Source: a virus | Taxonomy: Duplodnaviria > Caudoviricetes | Virus record (IMG/VR): IMGVR_UViG_3300033168_000003 | Coordinates: 1-42,993 of that record | DNA length: 42,993 bases | Reading direction: 5' to 3' (one strand) | In this document: piece after piece, positions 14,669-24,864 of the stretch | Layout of the letters: each line of letters opens with the position of its first letter | Position numbering within the stretch: the first letter of the stretch is position 1 | Notes under the pieces: model-generated | Seen by the model: the letters and a program-made list of their open reading frames with translations, nothing else | Databases searched by the model: none | Told to the model about the DNA's origin: nothing | Translations under genes and position numbers: made by a program

Positions 14669-15202
14669 TCAGGCGGAAGCGGGCGGGGTGTAGGCCACCC
14701 ACTCGGCGGACGTGCCAGTGTGCCCGGCGCCGGGGGTGTCGCCGCTGAAGGTGTAAAGCGTCTCGCCGTTCGCGGCGGTCTCGGACGCCTTGGGCCAGGT
14801 GGCGCTGTCGATCGGGGTGTTCCCGACGTGGGTGTAGAGCGGCCGGGAGGGTGCGGCAGGCGGTGTCGCAGGTGTCGCGGGCTGTGCCGTGGGCGGTGTC
14901 GCCGCAGGCGGGGCCGCTGGCGCGGGCGCGTCGGTCTGGAGCCGGGCGACCGCCGCGTCCAAGCCGGTGAAGTCTAGGCTCGGGGCGGCCGGCTGGGCCT
15001 TCAGCGCCGCGACCTCCTTCTCGACGTTGCCTAGCCCAGCGAGCAGGGCCTTGACGTCGGTGTCGAGCTTGTCCTGGTCGGCCATGATGCGTGTCTCCAT
15101 CTGGTTGAATCGGTTGGCAAGCTCCCGCGCCCAGGCAGGCGCAGGGTCGTCGTCGTCGTCGGGGAGTAGGACGACGATCTCGTCGGGGCGGTCGTCGTCC
15201 AT
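14669..15202 (-). CDS. Hypothetical protein with coiled coil and Pro/Ala linker
   Basis: TGATG coupling to the tail tube stop; start position uncertain. Confidence 0.65.
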   Translation of the reverse strand: MDDDRPDEIVVLLPDDDDDPAPAWARELANRFNQMETRIMADQDKLDTDVKALLAGLGNVEKEVAALKAQPAAPSLDFTGLDAAVARLQTDAPAPAAPPAATPPTAQPATPATPPAAPSRPLYTHVGNTPIDSATWPKASETAANGETLYTFSGDTPGAGHTGTSAEWVAYTPPASA

Positions 15203-16143
15203 CAGTAGGCGGTTGCTTGCGGGCCGGTGAGCGTGACCTGCGCGGGGCCGGCGTCGGTGGCGTTGTAGACCCCGTCGATGTTGACGTCCAACGTGGCGTA
15301 CTTCCCGGACATGTCCCGCTTCGCCTTGTTCCACGACGCCTTCGAGCAGGTGACAGCCAGGATCGCGCCGCCCTGCGAAAGGGGCTGGGTGAGGGTGGCA
15401 GTGACGGCCTGCTGCGCGTAGGTCAGGAACCGGTTGAGGTCAGTGTTGTCCTCGAACAGGATCTTGGCGGTGGCGGTGAACCCGAGGCCTTCCGCGAAAC
15501 TTTCACGGGGGCTTTGGATGCCGTCGCTGCCCGCGATCATGTCGACGGCTCGTTTGAAGTTCAGGTCGGTGGTCTCGACGCGGGTGCTGCTGACGCCGCC
15601 GGCGGACCAGGTGAGCTGCCACCCCAACCACGGCTGCAGGGCGGTGAACGGCGGGACGGGAGTCGCGGCGCCGGCGGACGGCCAGCCCATCCATTTCGCG
15701 TCGTAGGTGACCGCGCCCTTCGTGTCGATCTTGATGTTGAGGTCGCTGAGTAGGCAGCCGGGGAACGCCCGGGCCTCCACGAGGTCGTAGTCGGTGAGGG
15801 TGTAGGTGGGTGCTTGGGTGTTGTTGCTCTTGAACAGGTGCCCGCTCAGGGTCGCGGGCGCAACGGGAGCAGTGACCACGTCCGGGCCGATGATGGCCCG
15901 CAGGAAGTTCCCGAACGTGTCCGGGTAGGGCATCCCGGCGATGTCGTAGGTGCTGTCGGCGGCGCCGCCGTACAGGCCTTGCAGGAGGCTGTCGTTGCCG
16001 CGGAAGGACTCGTCCCGCAACGGCGCGATGATGTCTTCCGGGCCGTTCGCGGTCGTCGGCGGGAACACGGTGGGGGCAACCGCGGTCCCCATGACGGTCT
16101 CCTTGCCGAGCCCGACGTATGAGAGCCTGCTGAGCTTGGACAC
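15202..16143 (-). CDS. Major tail tube protein
   Basis: YVGLGKE...GTAVAPT, H.F, TYTL motifs; 313 aa; AGGAGG SD. Confidence 0.88.
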   Translation of the reverse strand: MSKLSRLSYVGLGKETVMGTAVAPTVFPPTTANGPEDIIAPLRDESFRGNDSLLQGLYGGAADSTYDIAGMPYPDTFGNFLRAIIGPDVVTAPVAPATLSGHLFKSNNTQAPTYTLTDYDLVEARAFPGCLLSDLNIKIDTKGAVTYDAKWMGWPSAGAATPVPPFTALQPWLGWQLTWSAGGVSSTRVETTDLNFKRAVDMIAGSDGIQSPRESFAEGLGFTATAKILFEDNTDLNRFLTYAQQAVTATLTQPLSQGGAILAVTCSKASWNKAKRDMSGKYATLDVNIDGVYNATDAGPAQVTLTGPQATAY

Positions 16144-16190
16144 GGGTCCTCCTGGGACAGTCGAGCGAGGTGAAGGTCAGGCGGGCTGGG

Positions 16191-16487
16191 TCAGGCGGCG
16201 GGTGGGGTGTCCGGGGCGATCGGTTCGACGCCGGGGACGGTCGCGGCGGGGTGCGCGAGCTGCGTCGCGTCGGTCAGGACCGGTGCCGGGTCGGTGACGG
16301 GGACTGCGGCGGCCGCATCTGCGTTGCCGGCGGTGACGTCGTCCTTCTTCAGCGCCTTCTCGGTGCCGATCAGGTTGATGTCGGCTTCGACGTTGGCCTC
16401 ACCGACCTCACCGGGCGCCAGGCTCAGCGGCGGGTTGAGCGTCGGGAAGATCAGGGTCTGGTCGGTGACGTTCTTCACGGTCTTCAC
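16191..16487 (-). CDS. Hypothetical virion-module protein
   Basis: AGGAG SD; in operon. Confidence 0.65.
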   Translation of the reverse strand: MKTVKNVTDQTLIFPTLNPPLSLAPGEVGEANVEADINLIGTEKALKKDDVTAGNADAAAAVPVTDPAPVLTDATQLAHPAATVPGVEPIAPDTPPAA

Positions 16488-16495
16488 AGCGGCTC

Positions 16496-16990
16496 CTAGG
16501 CGGTGAGCAGGTTTTCGGTCAGGCCGTACCGGATGACCGCGAGTAGGACCGGGTTGCCCTCGGTGGGCGTGCGCAGCGGGTCTTCGTAGGTGACGTCGAT
16601 ACCGCGGGCGTTGCCGTCTGCGGTATCACCAGCGGACGCGAACGCCCCGCCGTGGGTGTGATCCCCCAGCACCCCACGGATCCGGGCACGTAGAGCGGTG
16701 CAGGCCCCATGCAGATACGCCTGGTCATCAGCGGAGCTGGAGGCGGCGTTCGCGGTCGGCCACGACACCCGCAGGATCACTTGGTGGATGACTTCAGACT
16801 GGCCGTTGGCCTGCCGGCGTTCCTCCGTGCGTTCCAGCCGCAACTCAGCGACTTTCACACCTTCGGCGCGGGTCCGCATCCACGGCAGCACCCCACCGGG
16901 CAGGTAGGCAGTCACGGCCGGGTCGGCGCTCAGCCATGCACATTCCAGATCAACGGCCGTCCCGGTCGGTGGGTTCAGTGGCGCCGTCAC
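16496..16990 (-). CDS. Putative tail terminator/neck protein
   Basis: RIRG...DHTHGGAF motif; position in the module. Confidence 0.6.
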   Translation of the reverse strand: MTAPLNPPTGTAVDLECAWLSADPAVTAYLPGGVLPWMRTRAEGVKVAELRLERTEERRQANGQSEVIHQVILRVSWPTANAASSSADDQAYLHGACTALRARIRGVLGDHTHGGAFASAGDTADGNARGIDVTYEDPLRTPTEGNPVLLAVIRYGLTENLLTA

Positions 16991-17493
16991 TAGTACCGCT
17001 CATAGGCGGTCGTGACAGGCAACGGGTAGCTGTAGGTGCTGGGCTGAGTAATGGGGAAGCTGAACGACGGGGCCGGGGGGCGCTCCGCGTTGCCCTTCCC
17101 ACCCTTGCCGTCCTCAGCGCTGACCGCGTTCGGGTCCCCGGTGGTGTTCGCGACGTCGACGGCTTCCCGCAGCCGGGTCAGCGACGATTGGTAGCGGGCG
17201 TCGAGGTCCTTGTAGGACTGGTCGTTCTCGAAGAACTGCAGAAGCACCAGCGTCGCGGTCCCGAGTTCGACGGCGGTCTGGACTAGGCCAGCCAAGGCCG
17301 GGGGGATGACACCCAGGCCGCCGGTCACGTCAGAAGTGACCTTGCCGATGAGGGCCTGGACTTGCGCGGCGGTCGGAACCGTGGTCGCGTCCAGCGTCCC
17401 GCCGGTGTTGCCGTCCCGCGTACGGATGCGCTGCTGCAGGTAGACCGCGACGTCCCCCGGTCCGGTCGTGCCAGTCGCGACGACAATAGCCAC
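16990..17493 (-). CDS. Putative head-tail adaptor
   Basis: TxPTAAQV..LI motif; position after capsid genes; AGGAG SD. Confidence 0.65.
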   Translation of the reverse strand: MAIVVATGTTGPGDVAVYLQQRIRTRDGNTGGTLDATTVPTAAQVQALIGKVTSDVTGGLGVIPPALAGLVQTAVELGTATLVLLQFFENDQSYKDLDARYQSSLTRLREAVDVANTTGDPNAVSAEDGKGGKGNAERPPAPSFSFPITQPSTYSYPLPVTTAYERY

Positions 17494-17666
17494 AGCAGAT
17501 CTCCTACTCCGTGTCAGGAGTTGCGTAAGTGCGGGCGTCGTGAAGGCCTTCGAGGTAGCCGGCGCGCCACGCGTCGTGCTGCGAGCGGTCTGACCACGGC
17601 AGAACTCTGCTCGCGATGCGCGTCAGCCGCCGGGCGGTGCCAAGGCCCCCGGTGGGCCCTGGGTTG

Positions 17667-18059
17667 CTACTTCTTGACTCGGGCGGCCGGGGTGGCGGCC
17701 GGGTTGTGCTGCTGCTCGACCGGCGTCTGCGGGTCGGCAGGCGCAGCCGGTTCGGGCGGCTGGAACGTCGCCAGGATCTCGCCCCGCACCTCGTCCGGAA
17801 GCGCTGCCAGGTGCGCCTGCATTGACGCGGCCATCGCCTGGGCGCGCATCTTTTCGGCCTCCCCGGGCTTCACGACCGCGCCGGCCGTGACCAGCCGCTT
17901 GGCCTCCGTGACGCTCAGATTCACCACGTCACCCTTCTTGTAACGGGTGAAGTCGAACGGGTCGCTGGGCTTCAACCCGGGCGCGGGCTGGTCGTACAGC
18001 TCGGCGACCAGTTCGTAGTCGCCTGCCTGGATGCTGTTCACGTCCACGGGGGTGGTCAC
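17667..18059 (-). CDS. Hypothetical head-associated protein
   Basis: YKKGDVV.L...EAKRLV.AGAV; GTGA overlap with the capsid gene. Confidence 0.7.
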   Translation of the reverse strand: MTTPVDVNSIQAGDYELVAELYDQPAPGLKPSDPFDFTRYKKGDVVNLSVTEAKRLVTAGAVVKPGEAEKMRAQAMAASMQAHLAALPDEVRGEILATFQPPEPAAPADPQTPVEQQHNPAATPAARVKK

Positions 18060-18991
18060 GGCGCGTTCACCCCCGTGATCCAGCAGGCGGCCAGGGGCTG
18101 GTCGGCCCCCATCGCTCGTTTGTGACTCACGTCTGACCTCCATGACTCGGTGGGACCGCCGTTCGGCCCGTTGCCCTCGCCGTACAACCCGGTCGCCTCC
18201 AGCGGCCGGGTGTCGCTGTAGAAGCCGAGCGTCTTGCGCTCAACGACCAGCGCCCGATCGTTCGGCCAGGACCAGGACAGCAAAGTGTCCAGACCCAGCA
18301 CCTTCTGCGGCAGCCGGCCGGTGTAGCTGATCGCTTCGGATACCAGCGGGCTGTTCACGTAGATCCGGTTGAAGTTGTCGCTGGCCTGCAGCACCGGCAC
18401 GACGCTGTTCGGCAGAACCAGTGTGTCGGCGACGTAGCCGAACACGTCGTCCTGCTGGCTCGCCGCCGGCCTCGCCAAACCCACCTGGAACGCGGCGTTG
18501 GCGATGTCCCGGCGGACCTGGGCGTTCGGGTCCGTCCAGGCCAACGTCGCCGCGATCGTCGGGATGCGCGGGTCCATCAGCGCGGCCCGCAACGCCCGGT
18601 CATCCGCCCGCCGGATCGTGTTGACGAGCTGGGTCAGCTGGAGCGCGACGAACTGCATCTTGTTCTCGTCGCGCATCTCGCGGCTAATTCGGATGCCAAG
18701 CGCCTTCTTCAGCGCGTAGGCGATGCGGGGCAGCCCGAGCTGACCGGCGGCCACGGGGATCTCCGCGAACTCCGCGACGGTCTCCACGTCCTGACCGAGG
18801 TACAGCGGGTTGCTCTCGTGGTACTCGACCAGGCCGTTGGCGTTCGGGCCGGCGTCACGGAAGATCGTGTCGGTGATGAAGTGGTTGGACAGGAGATCCA
18901 AGATCCTGGCCGGGATCAGCATCGGCGCACCGATGAGATCGTTGACGGTGGTACGCGCACCGTCGGAAATGCTGAGAACACCAACAGGCAT
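18056..18991 (-). CDS. Major capsid protein
   Basis: VAEFAEIP, K.ALGIRISREM, ADQPLAACWITGV; 311 aa; position in the module. Confidence 0.9.
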   Translation of the reverse strand: MPVGVLSISDGARTTVNDLIGAPMLIPARILDLLSNHFITDTIFRDAGPNANGLVEYHESNPLYLGQDVETVAEFAEIPVAAGQLGLPRIAYALKKALGIRISREMRDENKMQFVALQLTQLVNTIRRADDRALRAALMDPRIPTIAATLAWTDPNAQVRRDIANAAFQVGLARPAASQQDDVFGYVADTLVLPNSVVPVLQASDNFNRIYVNSPLVSEAISYTGRLPQKVLGLDTLLSWSWPNDRALVVERKTLGFYSDTRPLEATGLYGEGNGPNGGPTESWRSDVSHKRAMGADQPLAACWITGVNAP

Positions 18992-19002
18992 GTCGGCCCC
19001 TT

Positions 19003-19683
19003 CTAGAGGATGGTCATGAGACCGGTGGTCCCGGCGGCGACGCCTGCCGGGGTGGTGTCGGTGCACTTGCCGACGACCGTGCCGGCGGCAGCCGACGTGG
19101 CGGCGACTGCGGCGAGCGTGACGCTGACGCCTGCGGCGGTGGCCGTGGCGTTCGCGCTCATCGTCAGGGACGTCCCGGACTGGACGGACAGTACGGTCGT
19201 GCCCGCCGGAATACCCGCGCCGGAGATACCACGTCCGACGTCTGCGGCGGTGAAGGCGGCAGTGGCGCTGGTCACGACGGCGCTGTTGAGGGTCGTCGCA
19301 CCATCGTTGAACGTGCGGGCCGGGATGGCAGCACTGCCGCCGGGCGCCACCTGCCCGTTCGCGGTCACGACGAGCTGCTGCCCGAGCGTGGCAGCGGCGC
19401 TGTAGGTCACGGGGACCTCCATGCCGCTGTAAGCGACCGCGACGGCGACCGGGGTGAACCCGGCGACCAGCAGCGGCCGGCCGTTGACGACCGTGGTGCC
19501 GAGGGCGACTGCCTCCGGTGCCTCACCGTCGAACAGCGCCACCCCAAGGGTGGTCACGCTGCCAGCGGCGGCCACGCCGATGCGGCCGTTCGGGCGGGCC
19601 TCGACCACCTGCCCACCGAGGATGTTCTCGGCGGGGGTGTAGGTCTTCGGCCCGATCTTGAGGTGGATCGGGATACCGCTCAT
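19003..19683 (-). CDS. Capsid decoration/cement protein
   Basis: GP.TY...I.GGQVVE...AAAGS...LGVA; lies between scaffold and capsid. Confidence 0.7.
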   Translation of the reverse strand: MSGIPIHLKIGPKTYTPAENILGGQVVEARPNGRIGVAAAGSVTTLGVALFDGEAPEAVALGTTVVNGRPLLVAGFTPVAVAVAYSGMEVPVTYSAAATLGQQLVVTANGQVAPGGSAAIPARTFNDGATTLNSAVVTSATAAFTAADVGRGISGAGIPAGTTVLSVQSGTSLTMSANATATAAGVSVTLAAVAATSAAAGTVVGKCTDTTPAGVAAGTTGLMTIL

Positions 19684-21110
19684 CGGCCGGCGCTCCAGTT
19701 CTTGTAGGCGGGGGTCTCGTGGATGGCGGTGACGGTCGCGGCGGCCTGACCGCTCTCGTCGGTGTCCAAGCCCTTTGCGGTCAGCGGGACGGCGATGGGC
19801 GCGAGGGACGCCAGGACGGTCTCGGCTCCGGGGTCGGCGGTGAGCTGGGCGATCCATGCGTCCCGGCGGGCGGGTGGGACACGACCGTCACGGACTGCGG
19901 CGTCGACGAGTCCGGTTCGCTGCTCCACGAGCTGGGTGGCGCGGGCCTGCGCCCCGGCGGCGGCGTCGACGCGGAGCTGCTGGAGCTGGGTGGCGTCGAC
20001 CAGGACCGTGCCAGTCGCGGCCGGTGCGGGTGCGGTGGTCGGGACGGGCGGGGTTGTGTCGGCGCGTTCGGCGAGTGCCTCGTCAAGCGCGGCGAGCAGA
20101 GTGGCCTCGTCGGCGTCGTCGGCGAGGGTGCCGCCGAGTCGCTCCCGCAGACCAACGGACAGAGTGTCCGGCATGGGCTCCTCCAGTGCGGTGGTGGTGC
20201 CACCTGCGGTGGCGACCATCCCGGCGGCGGGTGCCGGCGGGAGCTGTTGGGTGGTGGCCGCTGCCGTCACGGCGCGGCTCTCGTCGTGGGTGGCGTAGGT
20301 GACGGCGGCCGGGGCTGCCTGTGCCCGGGCGGCGACGTAGGTGACCTTGACGTTCTGCCAGTCACCGAAGGTGACTGCCCCGGCGTTGTCGACGGTGTAC
20401 GGCACCCGGCTCAGTCCGGCGTTGTCGTCGTCGGCGACGATCAGCTCGGGGGGGTCGATGAACATCTCCTGGATCCACACGTCCCAGTCCGAGCCGGCTG
20501 GGGTGAGGTAGAACGCGCGCCGCACATCGTCGGTTGTGGTGGCTGCGGTGACCTGAGCGGGCACGGGGCTCTCCTGGTGGGTGAGGGTGACGAGGTGACC
20601 GCCGGGGCTGGCGCTGGTTGCGGCGACGACGCCGTACAGCGCCTGCAGTGACTGGAGCGTCCCGATCGCGGGTCGTTCGATGCCGAGTAGCGCGACGGCG
20701 TGGACGACGAAGGGGTGTTCGTGGCCGAGTTGGCAGTGGTAGGCGTACTCACCTTCGATGGAGCGGTCCGGGTAGGCGCTGGCGAGGATGCTCTGGCCGT
20801 CGGGGTCGGCTTCGGTAAGCCAGGCGGGCATCCCGCGCCAGTCCGAGAGCAAGGTCCGGCCGTTGTCGCCGAGGCGGAGGTTGTCGACGTAGCCCAGTGC
20901 TGGTTCCCCGACGCCGTGGTTGCCGTCGTGCCCGGCTTTCAGGACGGGTTTGCGGACTGCGGGGCAGTCAAGGGCAGCGACGGCTGCGGCGATGATCGCG
21001 GTGGTGGGCAGGAAGGGGCCAGAAGCGGCGACCCACGTCCCGGTGGTGATGAGGTCGACGCCTTCGACGTGGCCGAGGATCGGTGCGGCCAGGACGGTGG
21101 GAGTCGTCAC
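19680..21110 (-). CDS. Mu gpI-like capsid maturation protease/scaffold
   Basis: K.GH, EPALG, YPDRSIE, VALLG...PA; C-terminal AVRDGRVPPARR scaffold segment; GGAGGT SD. Confidence 0.85.
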   Translation of the reverse strand: MTTPTVLAAPILGHVEGVDLITTGTWVAASGPFLPTTAIIAAAVAALDCPAVRKPVLKAGHDGNHGVGEPALGYVDNLRLGDNGRTLLSDWRGMPAWLTEADPDGQSILASAYPDRSIEGEYAYHCQLGHEHPFVVHAVALLGIERPAIGTLQSLQALYGVVAATSASPGGHLVTLTHQESPVPAQVTAATTTDDVRRAFYLTPAGSDWDVWIQEMFIDPPELIVADDDNAGLSRVPYTVDNAGAVTFGDWQNVKVTYVAARAQAAPAAVTYATHDESRAVTAAATTQQLPPAPAAGMVATAGGTTTALEEPMPDTLSVGLRERLGGTLADDADEATLLAALDEALAERADTTPPVPTTAPAPAATGTVLVDATQLQQLRVDAAAGAQARATQLVEQRTGLVDAAVRDGRVPPARRDAWIAQLTADPGAETVLASLAPIAVPLTAKGLDTDESGQAAATVTAIHETPAYKNWSAGR

Positions 21111-21120
21111 GACGGACCTC

Positions 21121-23325
21121 CTACTCGGCGCTGAGACCGTCAGAGGCAGGGGCGAGCAAAGCGCGGATCGCGTCGTCGGCGGGTTGAATATTGCAACGGC
21201 AGCCGACGTGGGCTGGCACGCTGGGTGCGTCAGCGAGGGCGTACGGGCTGTTGGTCTCGTACGTCTCGCACACTTGGTCGACGCGGCTGTCCCCGGCGGT
21301 GGACCAGTCCACCGAGGCGACGTTCTCGCTCTGGTACAGGTCCGCGGCGCCTTGCCCGAGCGCGGTCGCCATCGCGTGGTCGTACAGCACCTCCGCAAGC
21401 GTGCCGTCCTCAATGACACCCTCAAGGGAGCTGAGTAGCTCATCGCGGCCGGTTCCGTCCGTCAGTGCCTGCCCCACGGCGTCACCGAGGGCGCGGGACA
21501 CGACACCGACGTGCTCGGCGAGCCACGCATCGGCTTCGGTCCACAGCGAGTCGAGGTTGTCGGCGGCGGCGACCGCATCAGCGAAGTCAACGCTCATCGC
21601 GGCGAGGTCGACGCCGATCTGGCCGGTCGTGACACTCACGAGCTGCCGCGCCCCGGCCTGACCTTCAGCGTAAGACTGCACCAGGCCGGTGTGCGCAGTG
21701 TCCCGCAGTGCCTGCCCAGCGTTCGTGGTCAGCGAAGACGTCAGGGCCTGCTCCGCGGCGACCTCCGCGGCGAGAGCTCGCGGGTCCGGGCTGGACGGCT
21801 GGACGCTGTCCGCCTGCACGATCCCAGTAGCGGCCAGAACGGCGGTCAGGTCGACCGATGCCCGCCACACCGGCAGGACAGCAGCCAACGAGGTGTTCTG
21901 TGCAACTTCCAAGGCGTGCCTGCGGCGATAGAGAGTGCCCAGTGGTTCGGGGAGGTCATCACCGGCCTCCCCACCATCCCCTGCCGCCGCTGCGGTGACG
22001 CGGTGCGAGGCGGTACGTCCCTGCCTCGCTGCGACCAGCGGGGTGGTGCCGCCACCGAGGCGCTGAACCGGCCGTGGTTCACCGTCCGGGCGGCGGGGGA
22101 GGCGGTAGCGGGTCCGGAAGTATGCCTCGAGGTCGTCGTCGGCGGTGAGGATCCCGGCTTCGGACAGGGCCACGGCCTGCTCCGGGGTCAAGTCCTCGTC
22201 GATCGCGACCTGCGCCACCATCAGCCGGGGTGAGGGAGTGTCCTCGCCGAAGTTGAGGTCGACGATGTCCTCAACGATGTGATCGGTGCCGACATCGGCG
22301 ATGCCCTGACCGATCGCGTCCAATCCGAGGTCGAAGAAGTCCCGGAACACCCCGGCGAGCGCCCGGTTCCCCGACGTCTTCTGCCCGCCGAGTTCCAGGA
22401 ACTGCGCGTGGACGAGCTTGCTCATCGCGGCGTCGTGGTACTGCAACGCGGCGAGGATGTCCGGGAGGTGCCCTTCGACGCCCTTCAGGGCGAGTTTCGT
22501 GCCGTGCGGGATCGACCCGCCGGCCTTGTCGCCTGCCCGCCATTCCTGCGCGAGCTTCGCCAGCATGTCCATGTCGGCTTTGATCGCACCGGGTGGGGCT
22601 TCGATGATCGGGATACCCATGCCGTTGCGCTCCAACGTCATGGCGTTGACCCGGATCAGGCGGTCTTTCAGGAGCCACTCGCGGTACATCGGCCGGAACA
22701 GGCTCACGCCCTGCCAGGCGGCGCCTTCACGTTCGTGGCAGTAGAAGACAAGCCGGTCCACGCCGATGTCTTCGGGGGCGCCGCCTTTCTGGCCGGCGAT
22801 GGTTTGGGTGACGCTTGCCAAGCCGCCGCCGGCGTCGCTGCTGATCTTGCTGATGGTCTGTGGCATCCGTGGGCCGAGCTTGCTGAGGTGCGCGCGGGCG
22901 TTCGGGCCGGACCCGACGATCTGGTAGGTCTGCTCGAACGGCATGAAGCCGTACCGGAGGCTGAGCAGTGCCTGCCGGAGATGGTCCGGCCAGGAGAACC
23001 TGCCTTTGGCCCGGCGGCGGGTGGTGGGCGCGGCGCCGAGGATCGGTAGGCCGAGGTCGTCGGCGACGAACGCCGTCACCTCATCCGAGGCGCCGTTCGG
23101 GTCGATGCTCCACTGCGCCTGCCGGATCGGCAGGGTCACCGCCCGGTACAGCGAAGCGACCTGGGCGTCTTTGCTCATCAGGTCGTAGGTGGCGACTGAT
23201 GCCGGCCACGCCGTTGCCGCGTTCTGCTCGGTGAGGTCGATCGGGTAGGACGACGTCGAGTAGTTCCAGCCGTAGGGCTGGGCGGTGCCGATCTCGGTCT
23301 CGAGGGATGGGCTCAGCTCGGGCAC
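21121..23325 (-). CDS. Portal protein (DUF935/Mu gp29-like) fused to MuF/SPP1 gp7-like domain
   Basis: Portal motifs D.QV.S, YGF..FE, G.SL.R..Y; C-terminal WSTAGDSRV..C and PAHVGCRC. Confidence 0.85.
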   Translation of the reverse strand: MPELSPSLETEIGTAQPYGWNYSTSSYPIDLTEQNAATAWPASVATYDLMSKDAQVASLYRAVTLPIRQAQWSIDPNGASDEVTAFVADDLGLPILGAAPTTRRRAKGRFSWPDHLRQALLSLRYGFMPFEQTYQIVGSGPNARAHLSKLGPRMPQTISKISSDAGGGLASVTQTIAGQKGGAPEDIGVDRLVFYCHEREGAAWQGVSLFRPMYREWLLKDRLIRVNAMTLERNGMGIPIIEAPPGAIKADMDMLAKLAQEWRAGDKAGGSIPHGTKLALKGVEGHLPDILAALQYHDAAMSKLVHAQFLELGGQKTSGNRALAGVFRDFFDLGLDAIGQGIADVGTDHIVEDIVDLNFGEDTPSPRLMVAQVAIDEDLTPEQAVALSEAGILTADDDLEAYFRTRYRLPRRPDGEPRPVQRLGGGTTPLVAARQGRTASHRVTAAAAGDGGEAGDDLPEPLGTLYRRRHALEVAQNTSLAAVLPVWRASVDLTAVLAATGIVQADSVQPSSPDPRALAAEVAAEQALTSSLTTNAGQALRDTAHTGLVQSYAEGQAGARQLVSVTTGQIGVDLAAMSVDFADAVAAADNLDSLWTEADAWLAEHVGVVSRALGDAVGQALTDGTGRDELLSSLEGVIEDGTLAEVLYDHAMATALGQGAADLYQSENVASVDWSTAGDSRVDQVCETYETNSPYALADAPSVPAHVGCRCNIQPADDAIRALLAPASDGLSAE

Positions 23326-23343
23326 GGCGAGGCCTCCCGGCTG

Positions 23344-24861
23344 TTAGAAGGCGGCGCTGAGCAGGTCGTCGGTCAGGCCCCGTCCGGTCCGGTCGTAGTC
23401 CGGCGTCGGGTTCGGGAGCAGGATCCGTTCCGGCCGGTCAGGTAGCGCCATGAGGGCGTAGCGCAGGGCGTCGGCGGCATCATCGCTGGTCTTCGTCAGG
23501 TCTTCGGGGCGGAGCCGGTCGTGAACCAGGTTCGGTAGCTCACTGATGATCCCGGTGCAGGTGGAGAAGATGTGCAGCAACGGGCAGGTGTCCCAGCCTT
23601 GGGCGCGGTGGGAGTCGCAGGCGGGGGCTTCGTTGAGGTAGGTCCGCATCCGGTCCCAGCCGGGGATGCGGCTGATGTCGGCTTGGACCAGCCGAAGGTC
23701 GGCGAGGCGGTAGCGCTCGGCGGCGGTGTGCTGCTCCCCGACTTTGCCCCACAGGTCGTGCCCACCGAAGTGCGTGACCTGCTCACCCGTAGGTGCTTCA
23801 GCTTCGGCGATGAGCCGGCCCTGGTCGTTGATGTTGACACCGGGGCGGTAGATCTCGCGGTAGACGTAGGCCCGTCCGTCGCCGTCCTGCGCAACCCATT
23901 CCACAGCCCATGGGTGGATGTTGCCTTTGTCGACTCCGGCTACGCGGTGCCACTCCCCTGGAACCGAGAAGGGACGGATGACGTGCCGGTCGCGGTTCCA
24001 CTCGGGGAAGTACTGGCCGGCGAAGCTGTCCCACGATCCGTCACGGAACGCGGCACGTTGCGCTTTGGGGAGGCCGTCGAGGTCGGTGAGGTACTCGGCA
24101 TTCAGGTGCGGGTTGTCGGCGGCTCGGCTTGGGATGAACCGGACCTGACGGCCACGGACGTCGGTGTAGGTGCTTTGCCCGTAGTTCGTACCGGGGATGC
24201 GCTGGCCGTTGACGACGGTGTACGCGTCGATGTAGCGGGTCTTCACAGCGCCGTGCCCGACACCGCCGGGGTTCGTGCTCGACCGAATTCCCAGCACCGG
24301 GACGCTCTTGCGCCCTGACCGCAGGCGGCTCTCGAGGTAGGTGATGACATCGGGCGGCATCAGGGTGCGTTCGTCGATGAGCAGGCGTTGGAACTCCCCG
24401 CCTTGCTGCCTGCTGGCGTCTTGGAGGTTCTCGGCGTACCGGAACATCATCACGCTGTTGTTGGGGAACGTCAGGACGCGGTCCGTGCCGTTCCACGACG
24501 CGCCGAGCGCGTGGGCGAACCCGTACTTGCCTAGCTCGGCGATCAGTGAGCTTTGCAGTTCCGGGTAGGAGCGGCGGAACGCTCCAACTCGCAGCCCGGC
24601 GTGGGTGGCGCAGTCATGGATGCCCTGCATCAGCAGAGCGAGGCTCTTCCCGCCGCCGAGGCTGCCGCCGAAAAGCACATCGAACTCGGGAGCGTCGTGG
24701 AACTTCTGCTGCTTCGGTGTCGGCTCGTAGCCCAGGAGCGGGAACACCCGATGCTTCATGCTGTCCGTGTGGGCCTGCCGCAACCGTTCCTGCATCTCGG
24801 CCAGCCGACGGATCTTGTCCGGGGGGGCTTCGATGACGGTCCGGGGGGCGGCTGCTGTCAT
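23344..24861 (-). CDS. terL: Terminase large subunit
   Basis: Walker A GGSLGGGKS, Walker B LLIDE, STNPGG, nuclease GVD.G and DDAADALRY. Confidence 0.95.
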   Translation of the reverse strand: MTAAAPRTVIEAPPDKIRRLAEMQERLRQAHTDSMKHRVFPLLGYEPTPKQQKFHDAPEFDVLFGGSLGGGKSLALLMQGIHDCATHAGLRVGAFRRSYPELQSSLIAELGKYGFAHALGASWNGTDRVLTFPNNSVMMFRYAENLQDASRQQGGEFQRLLIDERTLMPPDVITYLESRLRSGRKSVPVLGIRSSTNPGGVGHGAVKTRYIDAYTVVNGQRIPGTNYGQSTYTDVRGRQVRFIPSRAADNPHLNAEYLTDLDGLPKAQRAAFRDGSWDSFAGQYFPEWNRDRHVIRPFSVPGEWHRVAGVDKGNIHPWAVEWVAQDGDGRAYVYREIYRPGVNINDQGRLIAEAEAPTGEQVTHFGGHDLWGKVGEQHTAAERYRLADLRLVQADISRIPGWDRMRTYLNEAPACDSHRAQGWDTCPLLHIFSTCTGIISELPNLVHDRLRPEDLTKTSDDAADALRYALMALPDRPERILLPNPTPDYDRTGRGLTDDLLSAAF

Positions 24862-24864
24862 CGC

